Assembly: GCA_047638715.1 (NCBI GenBank)
Contig: JBLIMK010000006.1
Span: 2,617 to 66,616, forward strand
Length of the DNA stretch: 64,000 nucleotides
Direction of reading: 5' to 3'
Source: Verrucomicrobiales bacterium
GTDB taxonomy: Bacteria > Actinomycetota > Acidimicrobiia > Acidimicrobiales > SHLQ01
Made by a program: the position numbers and the translations under genes. Below are positions 1 through 9,782 of the stretch, in pieces (the first letter of the stretch is position 1; the number at the start of each line of letters is the position of its first letter). Below the pieces are notes generated by a model, which saw nothing but the letters and a program-made list of their open reading frames with translations, was not told the DNA's origin and did not search any database.

Positions 1-1571
1 TGCAGCGATATGCCGGCAACACGATGATGCTCGAGACGATCTGGCCGAACTTCACGGTCATGGACTACCTCGACGTCTCCGACGGACGGCCCACGTTGCT
101 CGCTGGCCGAAGCGATCTGATTCGCCACCTGAATGGGTCTGGGACCGCGATCATCGAATTCGCACCCCGACTCGATTTCGGCAGATTCCCAACCCAAATC
201 GAGGTCCGAACAGACGGGCTCGAAGTCAGCGGCGCGCGCGATCTCATCGTGCTGCGATCACCTGGGGTCGAGTGGAAGATCGAAACCGCTGGCCAACACC
301 AAACCGCCGTCGCCCGCGTCGACCTCTCGGAAGGTCCGCTCACGCTCGAGCTTCGCGTCGGCACCGCGAGCCTGCGGGCTGAGGCGACCGAGATCCGCAG
401 GCGAGACCACACGCGCCGTTTCTGGGCGGACTGGGCGGACAAGCTAGAGATCCCCAGCGCGGCGAACGAGGCCGTCCGTCGCTCGGCGCTCGTTCTAAAG
501 GCCTTGGTGTACGGACCGAGTGGTGGCATCGCCGCCGCCCCAACGACCAGCCTGCCCGAACACATCGGCGGGATCCGCAACTGGGACTATCGGTACTGCT
601 GGCTGCGCGACGCTGCTCTGAGCGCTGCAGCCTTGGTTCGCCTCGGTAGCCACGAGGAGGCAATGGACTACCTCGACTGGGTACTCGGCGTTCTCGATGC
701 CGGCGACGGGCAACCCGAGCGGTTGAACCCGTTGTACTCCCTCGACGGCGGCAAACTCCCTCCTGAAGCGGACATCACCGAACTCTCCGGTTACGGCGGC
801 TCGAGGCCGGTGCGCGTTGGAAACGCAGCCGACAACCAGGTGCAACTCGACGTCTTTGGACCCATCGTCGATCTGGTGCATCTGCTCGGCGAGCGCGGCG
901 CTCCCCTTTCGGCCCGACACTGGCGTCTCGTCGAAGCCATGGTCGCAGCGGTCGAACTTCGATGGACCGAGCCAGATCACGGCATCTGGGAAATTCGCTC
1001 TGCGCCCCGACATCACGTGTACTCCAAGGTGATGTGCTGGGTGACCGTCGATAGAGCAATCCGCATCGCCTCGGACGTTTTTGAGCGAGAGCGACCCGAA
1101 TGGCACAACTTGCGAGAGACCATCGCCAGCGACATCTTCGAGAATGGATGGAACGACACCGTCCAATCCTTCACCGCCGCCTATGACGGCACCGACCTCG
1201 ATGCTTCAGTTCTCATGGTCGGCCTCTCCGGGCTCGTCGCACCCGACGATCCTCGATTTGCCAGCACGGTGCGAGCCGTCGAGGCACAGCTTCGCGAGGG
1301 GCCGACGGTCTACCGGTATCACCACGACGATGGCCTACCGGGGGCGGAGGGCGGTTTCCATCTGATGACGTCATGGATGATCGACGCGTACGCGATGCTC
1401 GGCGAGGTGGACGAGGCGCAGAGTCTGTTTCGCAAACTGCTCGCGACCGCGGGCGAGACAGGGTTATTCGCCGAAGAGTACGACCCGGTCTCGTGCCGCT
1501 CGCTCGGAAACCATCCTCAGGCCTACAGCCACCTCGGCGTGATCAATAACGCGCTGCGCCTGAACAACTGA
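1..1571 (+). CDS. Glycoside hydrolase family 15 protein (glucoamylase/trehalase-like), 5' end outside window
   Basis: The frame stays open from base 3 up to the listed M at 24, so the gene is 5'-truncated. GH15 catalytic-domain signature IRNWDYRYCWLRDAA and C-terminal GNHPQAYSHLG are present. Confidence 0.85.
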   Translation, partial: QRYAGNTMMLETIWPNFTVMDYLDVSDGRPTLLAGRSDLIRHLNGSGTAIIEFAPRLDFGRFPTQIEVRTDGLEVSGARDLIVLRSPGVEWKIETAGQHQTAVARVDLSEGPLTLELRVGTASLRAEATEIRRRDHTRRFWADWADKLEIPSAANEAVRRSALVLKALVYGPSGGIAAAPTTSLPEHIGGIRNWDYRYCWLRDAALSAAALVRLGSHEEAMDYLDWVLGVLDAGDGQPERLNPLYSLDGGKLPPEADITELSGYGGSRPVRVGNAADNQVQLDVFGPIVDLVHLLGERGAPLSARHWRLVEAMVAAVELRWTEPDHGIWEIRSAPRHHVYSKVMCWVTVDRAIRIASDVFERERPEWHNLRETIASDIFENGWNDTVQSFTAAYDGTDLDASVLMVGLSGLVAPDDPRFASTVRAVEAQLREGPTVYRYHHDDGLPGAEGGFHLMTSWMIDAYAMLGEVDEAQSLFRKLLATAGETGLFAEEYDPVSCRSLGNHPQAYSHLGVINNALRLNN

Positions 1572-1578
1572 TTCCGAG

Positions 1579-2319
1579 TTAGCCGCGGCCGACGAAGGGC
1601 ATGTCGTTGGCCATCACGGTCATGAACAACACGTTCGCATCGTGGGGCAATGACGCCATATGGACGACCGCATTCGCTGCGTGATCCAGCGACATCGTGG
1701 GCTCGACAGCAACATCTCCGTTGGGCTGGAGGATCCCGGATTTCATCTTTTCGACCAACCGTGAAGCTGCGTTGCCGATGTCGATCTGGCCAACGGCGAT
1801 GCCAAACTCACGACCGTCGAGTGAGAGCGACTTCGTGAGACCGGTAATCGCGTGTTTGCTCGCTGTGTACGGGGCGCTGAAGGGTCGAGGCGTCGTCGCC
1901 GAGATCGACCCGTTGTTAATAATCCGGCCACCGTGGGGATCCTGTCGGCGCATCAGCGAAAAGGCTGCCCGCGCACAGAGGAACGAACCGGTCAGGTTGA
2001 TCGAGATCACCCGTTCCCACTCGTCGACCTCAAGCTCGTCGATCGGTACTCCACGCGCTGCAACACCTGCATTGTTGAAGAGCAGGTCGACCCCACCGAA
2101 TCGCTCCTCGGTCGAAGCGAACAGTCGCTCGACGTCATCGGGTTTCGATACATCGCAGGCGACCGCTAACCCATCGTTGACGAGATCGGTGAGCGTTTGA
2201 TCGAGGGCCTCCTGGCCACGGCCGGCGATCACGACGTTCCATCCCGCTGCGTCGAGCGCGTGCGCTGCCGCTCGGCCGATTCCGCTGCCGCCACCTGTGA
2301 CGATCGCGATCTTGTTCAT
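1579..2319 (-). CDS. Short-chain dehydrogenase/reductase (SDR) family oxidoreductase
   Basis: [12 protein letters not shown] Rossmann motif, NNAG, and catalytic YTASK (YxxxK). Start moved to [10 protein letters not shown] (ATG 2317-2319), which overlaps the upstream TGA as ATGA. Confidence 0.85.
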   Translation of the reverse strand: MNKIAIVTGGGSGIGRAAAHALDAAGWNVVIAGRGQEALDQTLTDLVNDGLAVACDVSKPDDVERLFASTEERFGGVDLLFNNAGVAARGVPIDELEVDEWERVISINLTGSFLCARAAFSLMRRQDPHGGRIINNGSISATTPRPFSAPYTASKHAITGLTKSLSLDGREFGIAVGQIDIGNAASRLVEKMKSGILQPNGDVAVEPTMSLDHAANAVVHMASLPHDANVLFMTVMANDMPFVGRG

Positions 2320-3104
2320 GTAAGTCCTTCCCATCGGTGCCACGCATCGAGCCACGCGAGCCCTGCCTCTACCGTCTCGAGCGGGTTGTATTCCGCACCG
2401 TAGACGCCGTTATATCCACCCGTTTCGGCGATGGCCTTGAGCAGTTCGGCGTAGTCGAGGTCGCCGTGATCGGGTTCAGCGCGGTCGGGCACGGACGAAA
2501 TCTGGATGTGGCCAACGTGCTCAAGGTGCGGTTCGATCGCAGAGAACACGTCTCCTTCCATGATCGAGGTGTGAAAACAATCCACCATCAAGCTCACGTT
2601 TTCGGCGCCGACATTCTCGATCACCTCGAGTCCGTGGTCGAGGCGCGACAAGTAGTAGCCGGGAAAAGATGTTGTGTTGATCGGTTCGATCAAAATCCCG
2701 ACGGCCTCGCGACGAGCTTGTTTTGACGCATAGCCGATGTTCGAAACGTAGGTCGTGTCCGACTCGGTCGAACGAGGCGCGCATCCGGCGAGCACGCTCA
2801 CGTTCCGAGCACCGATCGCAGCGGCGTACTGCACGGCCTCGTCGATTCTGGCTCGGGCATCAGCTTCGCGGCCGGGGACTGCGGCAAGCCCGTAGTCGCC
2901 GGTGGAGGCCGAGAAGCGAGTGTTCAACGAGATGACGGGCAAGCCGGTCTCGGAAATGGCCTCGGATAGCTCGTCGACGTCGGTCGAGAACGGCGCATGG
3001 AATTCGACCGCATCGAACCCGGCGCTCGCCGCAGCTCGAACGGCATCGGGAAGGGCCAGGTCCTGCCACAAGTGGCCGAGATTGGCCGAGATCTGAAGTG
3101 CCAT
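2316..3104 (-). CDS. Hydroxypyruvate isomerase-like / xylose-isomerase-fold TIM-barrel protein
   Basis: N-terminus [16 protein letters not shown]...[12 protein letters not shown] and overall length are typical of Hyi/sugar-phosphate isomerase-epimerase family proteins. Translationally coupled to the SDR gene. Confidence 0.7.
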   Translation of the reverse strand: MALQISANLGHLWQDLALPDAVRAAASAGFDAVEFHAPFSTDVDELSEAISETGLPVISLNTRFSASTGDYGLAAVPGREADARARIDEAVQYAAAIGARNVSVLAGCAPRSTESDTTYVSNIGYASKQARREAVGILIEPINTTSFPGYYLSRLDHGLEVIENVGAENVSLMVDCFHTSIMEGDVFSAIEPHLEHVGHIQISSVPDRAEPDHGDLDYAELLKAIAETGGYNGVYGAEYNPLETVEAGLAWLDAWHRWEGLT

Positions 3105-3117
3105 TGGTGAGAGCCCG

Positions 3118-4869
3118 TTACCAATACTCTTCGAAATGGATGTTTCCGGGGTGGTTACGCCGATCGATCGTGAAACCGCGCTCCACCAGTAACTCGATCA
3201 CGCCGGTGGTCTCAGGAAATACCACGGCACCGTCTTCCTCTTCGGGTAGCCCGATCATTGCGGGGTTGCCGCACAGGAACGCATGCGTCTTCGCCGGGTC
3301 GATCGAGCCGCCGAGCACCAGCTCGATATCGCCGTCACGAATGAGGTCTTGCAAGTATCTCTTTGGCACCTCAGCTTCGCGTGTCGGCATTGGGAGGTAG
3401 TGATAGTTCTGGAATCGCTCCTCCAACCGTCGGTGAGCCTCGAGATAACCGAGGTCTTGCCAATTGCGCACCGTCACGGTCGAGATGATCGGTCCGGTGT
3501 GTCCTTTCCGAAGCAATTCGGTAACCATCGAGTTGTGCGGAGCTTCACCGGTGCCCGTCGCAAAGAACACGATTGCATCTTCGGGGTTCTCGACGGCGTT
3601 TAGCGTGTAGCGCCCAGCAACCTTTGGTCCGAGGTAGATGCGATCACCGACCTGCTTTTGGGCCAGCCTCGGCGTCAACGCAGAAACGTGAACCTCGTCG
3701 GCGGGTACGAGCACGATGTAGAACTCGAGTTCTTCAGTGTCGGGAGGAGCGAGATATCCAGACCCCTCAAACATCGAGTGCGAGATCGAATACGACCGAC
3801 GGATGAGCTTGATCCATTTCGCGTCGATATCGGGATCGGCGAGGTTGTCGACCCGATCTTCCCAGTAGCCCAACCCGAGCGAGGCGTATTGGCCGGGAAG
3901 ATGCGATGTGTCGCCGTGGTCGGGTCGGACGCGCAGCACCCACAGGTCGGAATGTCGTTGTTCGAATGCGGTGATCGTGGCGTTGTAGTTCTCTTCTCGA
4001 AGCTCGCTGATCGCGGACTCGTGACGAACGCGACGATGTACGACCGATGGCGGCTCGACCACCTCGAGTTCCGGGAAACATGCTGCGGCCAGCAACGTGC
4101 CGACCTCCCACGAATGCCCGTTCGGGACGTCGACGCCGTCTTCGGGGGCCCCGTCGAACCACAGCTTCCCGCTATCGATGGCGGCTTGGGTCACGTTGAG
4201 TTCAGCGACCGTTGGTCGGGTACGCGTCGACGCAAACACGATGTGGTCGAACTCGAGATCGGGCGTACGACGGTCGTTGAAGAAGGCGATCGGAAACTCG
4301 CCGGAGTGTCCAATCTCATCGGGAATGGAGCGGTAGAGCACCGTGACTCGCCGTTCACGCTCCAATCGACGAAGCACCGCATCGGCGGCAGGAGCGAGGA
4401 GGCCGGGGTCCATTCCGCCAGCAGCGAACACGACACCTGCGCCCGCTGCGGCGACCTCTGCCACAAGTTCGGCCGCGTGATTCGTGTGTCCGACCACGAG
4501 GATGTCCCGGTCGTTCAGCCACCCCGGTAGCGCATCGACCGTCACATTCTCCGAAAGCGTCGCTGCCATCGGCGGAGTCCACTCAGGATCTCGATGGCGC
4601 AAGGCGACAAGGCAGCCCCTTGTTCGGTAGGTCCGCTGGTCGGTGACCACGATGACGAAAGCCTCGTCTGCATCGATGCTGACCAGCTGTTCGCCATACC
4701 CAACTTCGACCTGATTCTCCGGAACGAGTTCGGGAAACGCCACGGAGGCCCGGGGCTCGATCACTCGCACTTTGGTCAATCCCGACCGGAGTGATGAGAT
4801 GGCGACGGAGAGTCCGCCGGCGGTCCCTCCGATCACAATGAGGTCGTAATCGGAGCCCTGGTCAGCCAT
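3118..4869 (-). CDS. Two-domain flavoprotein: FAD/NAD(P)-binding oxidoreductase domain fused to a ferredoxin-NADP+ reductase module
   Basis: N-terminal dinucleotide-binding motif DLIVIGGTAGGLSVA. The C-terminal half has FNR motifs RSYSISHS (RxYS FAD site), FFATGTGEAPHNSM (NADP site) and a bacterial-FPR-like terminal EEYW. Confidence 0.75.
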   Translation of the reverse strand: MADQGSDYDLIVIGGTAGGLSVAISSLRSGLTKVRVIEPRASVAFPELVPENQVEVGYGEQLVSIDADEAFVIVVTDQRTYRTRGCLVALRHRDPEWTPPMAATLSENVTVDALPGWLNDRDILVVGHTNHAAELVAEVAAAGAGVVFAAGGMDPGLLAPAADAVLRRLERERRVTVLYRSIPDEIGHSGEFPIAFFNDRRTPDLEFDHIVFASTRTRPTVAELNVTQAAIDSGKLWFDGAPEDGVDVPNGHSWEVGTLLAAACFPELEVVEPPSVVHRRVRHESAISELREENYNATITAFEQRHSDLWVLRVRPDHGDTSHLPGQYASLGLGYWEDRVDNLADPDIDAKWIKLIRRSYSISHSMFEGSGYLAPPDTEELEFYIVLVPADEVHVSALTPRLAQKQVGDRIYLGPKVAGRYTLNAVENPEDAIVFFATGTGEAPHNSMVTELLRKGHTGPIISTVTVRNWQDLGYLEAHRRLEERFQNYHYLPMPTREAEVPKRYLQDLIRDGDIELVLGGSIDPAKTHAFLCGNPAMIGLPEEEDGAVVFPETTGVIELLVERGFTIDRRNHPGNIHFEEYW

Positions 4870-5016
4870 CTGTTATCCCTGCTGTCGTGGGCGAATGTGC
4901 TCCACAACTTTTCTCACAGCCACCACAATCTCAGATTCGCGACAACGATGCTTTGTCCGCGGTCTTTCATTGGCAGGAATCTTCGAACGGTCTTCATTGT
5001 TCGTACACTTGTCACG

Positions 5017-5352
5017 ATGAAGGAATCGCCCGTCGCCGCTGCTGCAACCGCCTCGTTGGGCGTAGATATCATCGCCGCGCCCGGTTCGATGGAGGCCGAG
5101 GTGGCCAAGGTAATTGCTGCGGTGCGCCCAGCTGTGCAGGCCGATAGGGGCGACATCGTGCTCATCTCCGTCGACGACGACACCGGTGTCGTCGAGGTCG
5201 AACTCCAGGGAGCATGCACGAGTTGCCCAGCTTCATCACAGACGCTGAAGGCCGGTGTCGAGCGGATTATGAAAGACCGCGTGCCCGGCATCACCGAGGT
5301 CGTGAACGTCGGCCAGGTGTTCTACGCCGATGGCACCGCCGTCACGCTCTAG
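5017..5352 (+). CDS. NifU/Nfu-type Fe-S cluster assembly domain protein
   Basis: LQGACTSCPASSQTLKAGVERIMKDRVPGITEV matches the NifU C-terminal CxxC domain. Start placed at the internal MKESPV (ATG 5017); the upstream part of the track ORF looks non-coding. Confidence 0.75.
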   Translation: MKESPVAAAATASLGVDIIAAPGSMEAEVAKVIAAVRPAVQADRGDIVLISVDDDTGVVEVELQGACTSCPASSQTLKAGVERIMKDRVPGITEVVNVGQVFYADGTAVTL

Positions 5353-5367
5353 CCATATGCTCGGGCT

Positions 5368-5502
5368 ATGCAGTTCATCGTCGCACATCAAGGTAGCTGG
5401 GACGAGATCTTGCTCGTCGCAGGCCCGATCGTCGTGCTCGGTGGTCTTTTGTGGTTCGCGAATCGTCGCGCCGACAAGCTTTCCGGTGACGAGGCCGAAT
5501 AG
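5368..5502 (+). CDS. Possible small membrane protein (44 aa)
   Basis: ATG-initiated ORF MQFIVAHQGSWDEILLVAGPIVVLGGLLWFANRRADKLSGDEAE with one hydrophobic helix. It fills the gap between the NifU-like gene and murA and is below the ORF-track size cutoff. Confidence 0.3.
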   Translation: MQFIVAHQGSWDEILLVAGPIVVLGGLLWFANRRADKLSGDEAE

Positions 5503-5505
5503 CCG

Positions 5506-6771
5506 CTAGCGAGACCGCGAGACAATGTTTGCCCCGAGGGAACGAAGATCTCCGGCGAGATCAGGATACCCACGAGACACGTGGCCCAGATCGCTTACGA
5601 TCGTTTCGCCCGACGCGCCCAAGGCCGCCACGATAAGCGCAGCCCCAGCGCGAATATCGTGGCTCACCACGTTCGCTCCAACGAGACGCTCAACGCCGCG
5701 AATTACCGCATGGTTCCCGTCGGTGCGAATCTGGGCTTGCATCTTTGCGAGTTCGTCCACGTATCGGAACCGCCCAGCAAACAAGTTTTCGGTCACGATG
5801 CTCGTCCCGTCGGCCACCGACAACATCGCGACGAGGAACGGCTTGTAGTCGGTCGCAACACCCGGATAGGGAAGGGTCGAGAGGTCGACAGCATCGAGGC
5901 GCTTGTTGGCCATTGCCCAGATTCCCTCGCGGTCCGGCGACGTGCGGAGCCCCATTTCGCCCATCTTCTGACAAACCATGTCCATATGGTCATAACGAGC
6001 GTCCTTGAGCAGGATCTCTCCGCCAGCTACACCGAGCGCCGCAAGAAACGTAGCGGCCTGTATCCGATCCGGAATGACGCGATGGCTCACGGCCTCGAGT
6101 TCGTCTACGCCAACGATTCGAATCGTCGACGACCCAGCTCCGGTGATTCGAGCTCCCATCTTGTTAAGCATCGACGCGAGATCAGCGATCTCGGGCTCCC
6201 GGGCCGCGTTTTCGATATGTGTTGTTCCGTCGGCGAGAACCGCACCCATCATGATGTTCTCGGTCGCCCCGACGCTTGGAAATCCAAGCTGGACCTCGCC
6301 GCCGACCAAGTTCGCTGCCGTACCCACGACGCCGGTCGCCGACGTTTCAAACGTGGCACCAAGCGTTTCGAGGCCGGTGAGATGCATATCGATTGGGCGA
6401 TGCCCGAAGTCGTCGCCTCCGGGAATCCCGAGTTCCACTCTGCCGAACCGACCTAGGAGCGGCCCGAGCATCGCTGTTGATGCGCGCATTTGCTCGACCA
6501 ACTCGAACGGCGCGACCGGCGTGATTTCACCGATCGTGATCTCGACGACACCGGGGCGCCGAGATGTCGTTGCACCCATCGATTCGAGGAGCCTGCACAT
6601 GACACCTACATCGAAGATGTCGGGCACGTTGTAGATCGTGTGGGTGCCCGTGGCCATAACGGTTGCGGCCATCAGCTTGAGAACCGAGTTCTTGGCGCCG
6701 GCGATGGTGACAGACCCCGAAAGGGGTGGGCCGGGTTCGATCACGAATTCGGTGGTGGACTGGCCGGACAT
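5506..6771 (-). CDS. murA: UDP-N-acetylglucosamine 1-carboxyvinyltransferase
   Basis: Full-length MurA-like sequence (GSVTIAGAKNSVLKLMAA..., GIPGGDDFGHRPIDMHL, VSRGYPDL). Start set at MSGQSTTEF (6771); the longer track ORF overlaps the divergent MFS gene. Confidence 0.95.
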   Translation of the reverse strand: MSGQSTTEFVIEPGPPLSGSVTIAGAKNSVLKLMAATVMATGTHTIYNVPDIFDVGVMCRLLESMGATTSRRPGVVEITIGEITPVAPFELVEQMRASTAMLGPLLGRFGRVELGIPGGDDFGHRPIDMHLTGLETLGATFETSATGVVGTAANLVGGEVQLGFPSVGATENIMMGAVLADGTTHIENAAREPEIADLASMLNKMGARITGAGSSTIRIVGVDELEAVSHRVIPDRIQAATFLAALGVAGGEILLKDARYDHMDMVCQKMGEMGLRTSPDREGIWAMANKRLDAVDLSTLPYPGVATDYKPFLVAMLSVADGTSIVTENLFAGRFRYVDELAKMQAQIRTDGNHAVIRGVERLVGANVVSHDIRAGAALIVAALGASGETIVSDLGHVSRGYPDLAGDLRSLGANIVSRSR

Positions 6772-6817
6772 CGCTGCCAGTATTACCCGAGTGACAACGC
6801 AGCGCAGGACACTCATC

Positions 6818-8377
6818 GTGAACGATGAAGAGCTCACCCTTCTGCGAGAGCCATACGACGGCATTCTGCTCGAAATCGAAGCTGGGTCCGACGCGTTCGA
6901 ACTCGGCGAAGGACCCTTCTCCGACTACACCAGAAGCCTCCACGTAGCAGCGAGGACGGACGACAGCGGCCTGCATGATTGTGTTGAGGAAACCACATGG
7001 AGACTTGGCGTACCCGTGTTCTGGTTTGTGTTCTGGTTGCCGTTTTGGCTGCATGTAAGAAAGGGCAGAACCCCTCGAACACCATGGTGGGCTCCGGCTG
7101 GGCGTCTCGATGCTCGCGCAGCTCGGGTCATTGGATTGTTGGGTGTCCTTGCGATTATCAACGGCTACCTAGGCACGGTGATCGGCCAAACCCTCACGTT
7201 CGCTGCGGATGAATTTTGTGGCGAGTTCGAGTTCAGCGGCGAAGGTCTTCGAACGTGCATCGACCCTTCTCATGACAAGTCAGCTCGGGCGAACATCTTC
7301 TCGATCGTTCGAGTCTCGATCGTGCTCTCGCTGTTTCTCACGGCCGCAGCCGATCGATTCGGGCGGAAGCAGGCGCTCACCTTTGCCGTCATGGTCTCGT
7401 GCATAGCCACGGCGGCGGGGGCACTGGCGCCGAACATCGCTGTCGTCACCGGCTCACAGGTCGTGGCGAGAGGTTTGGCTACAGGCCTTGCGATTCTCCT
7501 CGGCGTCTTCGCGGCCGAAGAATTGCCTCCGCGCAGCCGCGCCTACGGCGTGTCGATGCTGATCTTGCTCGCGGGTCTCGGCGCCGGAATGGTCGTATGG
7601 ATCCTGCCCGCCGCAGACATCGCCGACTGGGGTTGGCGAATCGTTTATGGGGTGGCCATCGTCTTTCTCCCGGTCGCGTGGTGGGTGGGCCGACAGCTAC
7701 CGACGACCCGACGCTTCAAGGCCATGGAGCACCAGCGCATGCGCGAATCGGTCCGCCAGCTCCGCACGAACCCGAAACTTCGCCGCCGCTTGCTCCTGCT
7801 CGGATTCGGAGCGCTTCTCGGCGCCGCGTTCGCTACACCCGCATCACAATTCGACAATCAGTTCCTCCGAGACGAGCTGAACTTCTCGGCGAGCCGAATA
7901 AGCGTCTTCACCCTCATCACATCCACGCCGATCGGTCTTGGTGTCATGGCGGGAGGCATGCTGGCAGACCGCATCGGGCGCAAACCGATCGGAGCGATAG
8001 GGACTGCGGTTGGCGTGTCCATGACGCTGTTGTCGTTCTTTTCGGGAGGGCTCACGATTTTCTTCTTTCGAACGGTCGGCGTGATCTTGGGTGCAGGATT
8101 CGCCGTGGCTGGCCTCGCTGTGTACGGCCCCGAACTCTTCCCCACCAGGCTGCGCAGCACCGCGAACGGGGTTATTTCGACGTTCGGCGTGATCGGGAGT
8201 GTCGTCGGTCTACAGCTCGTTGGCCGTCTTGCAGAACGATTCGGCTCCTTCGGTCCAGCGCTCGCCATCGTTGCGATCGGGCCCGTGATTCTCGTAGTCT
8301 TGATCGTGACGATGTATCCCGAGACGGCGAACAAGACACTCGAAGAGATCAACGACGAACCCGAATTGGCCGATTGA
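6818..8377 (+). CDS. MFS transporter with ~90-aa N-terminal extension
   Basis: About 12 predicted hydrophobic segments and an MFS loop motif (AADRFGRK, LADRIGRKP). Start tentatively at GTG 6818, because the track start at 6638 would overlap murA. Confidence 0.8.
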   Translation: MNDEELTLLREPYDGILLEIEAGSDAFELGEGPFSDYTRSLHVAARTDDSGLHDCVEETTWRLGVPVFWFVFWLPFWLHVRKGRTPRTPWWAPAGRLDARAARVIGLLGVLAIINGYLGTVIGQTLTFAADEFCGEFEFSGEGLRTCIDPSHDKSARANIFSIVRVSIVLSLFLTAAADRFGRKQALTFAVMVSCIATAAGALAPNIAVVTGSQVVARGLATGLAILLGVFAAEELPPRSRAYGVSMLILLAGLGAGMVVWILPAADIADWGWRIVYGVAIVFLPVAWWVGRQLPTTRRFKAMEHQRMRESVRQLRTNPKLRRRLLLLGFGALLGAAFATPASQFDNQFLRDELNFSASRISVFTLITSTPIGLGVMAGGMLADRIGRKPIGAIGTAVGVSMTLLSFFSGGLTIFFFRTVGVILGAGFAVAGLAVYGPELFPTRLRSTANGVISTFGVIGSVVGLQLVGRLAERFGSFGPALAIVAIGPVILVVLIVTMYPETANKTLEEINDEPELAD

Positions 8378-8382
8378 ACCGT

Positions 8383-9237
8383 GTGACGATTCCAGATGCT
8401 GGCACGACCCCGGTACTCTCGACCGTCGTGGACTCATTGTCTCGTCGCCGTCTCCTCGTCAGCCTCGGCGCTGCCGGTGCACTCGGAATCGCCGGATGTG
8501 GCGCGCCAGAGAACGGCCGGCCCAGGCTCGTCGAGGGTCCAGAGACGACAACGACGTTTCCTGAGTTCGGACAAACGCTGCGCAGCCCCGTGGAATCCGA
8601 ACCGATCACGCCCTCTGCAGTTGGAACCGCGGATGCCTCCATCGACCGGTCGATCGTCGCTACCGCCCAAGTATCCGAGATTGAGGTGTACGACGCCCCC
8701 GACGGCCAGATTACACATCGCATGGCGAATCCGACTCCCGCCGACGGGCCCCTCGTCTTCCTCACGACATCTAACGAAGCTGACTGGCATGAAGTTCTTC
8801 TACCCGTTCGGCCAAATGGCAGTATTGGCTGGGTGCGTGATCAGGACGTATCGCTCGCAGCACACAACTACCGAATTCGCGTCGATCTCGCGGACTTCCG
8901 TCTCCGGGTCACGGAAGGGGGCGTTCCGATCTTTGACACCGTCGCTGGCGTGGCATCGGACAACTCCCCTACGCCAGGTGGCCGGTACTACCTCACCGAG
9001 TTGCGCGCACCGACAACTCCGGACACTGTCTATGGCTCGTTCGCCTACGGGTTGTCGGGGTTTTCTGAGACGTTCGAGACCTTCAACGGCGGCCCCGGCC
9101 AACTTGGAATTCATGGGACGAACAGCCCCGAGTCCCTAGGCACAGCGGTGAGCGCCGGATGTATTCGTCTTCACAACGATGACGTGGCCCGGTTGGTGAC
9201 GTTCCTCCCGCTCGGTGTCCCTGTCGTCGTTGTTTAG
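8383..9237 (+). CDS. L,D-transpeptidase (YkuD domain) lipoprotein
   Basis: Catalytic motif GIHGTNSPESLGTAVSAGCIRLHNDDV. N-terminus SRRRLLVSLGAAGALGIAGC looks like a twin-Arg-like signal plus lipobox. The first ~328 codons of track ORF 7399..9237 are a shadow frame over the MFS gene. Confidence 0.85.
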   Translation: MTIPDAGTTPVLSTVVDSLSRRRLLVSLGAAGALGIAGCGAPENGRPRLVEGPETTTTFPEFGQTLRSPVESEPITPSAVGTADASIDRSIVATAQVSEIEVYDAPDGQITHRMANPTPADGPLVFLTTSNEADWHEVLLPVRPNGSIGWVRDQDVSLAAHNYRIRVDLADFRLRVTEGGVPIFDTVAGVASDNSPTPGGRYYLTELRAPTTPDTVYGSFAYGLSGFSETFETFNGGPGQLGIHGTNSPESLGTAVSAGCIRLHNDDVARLVTFLPLGVPVVVV

Positions 9238-9782
9238 TCGACAAGGGCAGTGCGCGCGAGCTCCACGACTTCGGTTTCTTGGGCACCTTTCGGCGAATGA
9301 TTGCCGCCGACCCATTGCAGCTGGGTACCGCCCACGATCGTCGATGTCCGATCATTGAATTCTGCCGGTGAGCCGAACGGGTCTCTCTCGCCCGAGATGA
9401 AGAGGGTCGGAATCTGAATCCGCGGGAAATGTTCAATTCGCAGCTTCTCGGGCTTCCCGGGCGGGTGAAGCGGATAGCTCAGAAGCAACAGTCCGCCGAC
9501 CCCGAGGCCCTCGGCTGCGGCGACAGAACACGCTCGGCCACCGAAACTGCGTCCCCCGATCACCAGTCGAGCAACGTCGACGCCGAGCTCCTCGGCGAAG
9601 TTCGTCGTGGCCTCGACAATCCGGCTGACGGCTCTTGGCACGCTGGTCGTGGCGAGTGTGAGTCGACGGATCGGCAATTCGGGCAGGGCGGTCTCGATAG
9701 CGACGAGGGTGGAGTGGTCGCGGTCGGCGCTCGCTCCCGGCGTGAGCAGCAGGCCTGCTGGTGCTGGGTCAAAAAATCTCAT
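9234..9782 (-). CDS. Alpha/beta-hydrolase fold protein (dienelactone hydrolase/KANL3-like)
   Basis: Nucleophile-elbow-like GGRSFGGRA, about 180 aa, with beta-strand/helix alternation typical of small alpha/beta hydrolases. 4-nt overlap with the upstream J-domain gene. Confidence 0.65.
   Translation of the reverse strand: MRFFDPAPAGLLLTPGASADRDHSTLVAIETALPELPIRRLTLATTSVPRAVSRIVEATTNFAEELGVDVARLVIGGRSFGGRACSVAAAEGLGVGGLLLLSYPLHPPGKPEKLRIEHFPRIQIPTLFISGERDPFGSPAEFNDRTSTIVGGTQLQWVGGNHSPKGAQETEVVELARTALVD

Noticed and set aside
7399-8382. First ~328 codons of the 612-aa ORF 7399..9237 (Arg/Gly/Pro-rich)
   Set aside because: It overlaps the MFS transporter gene in another frame and has low-complexity, Arg-rich composition typical of off-frame GC-rich DNA. 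L,D-transpeptidase homology and the lipoprotein signal begin only after 8383.
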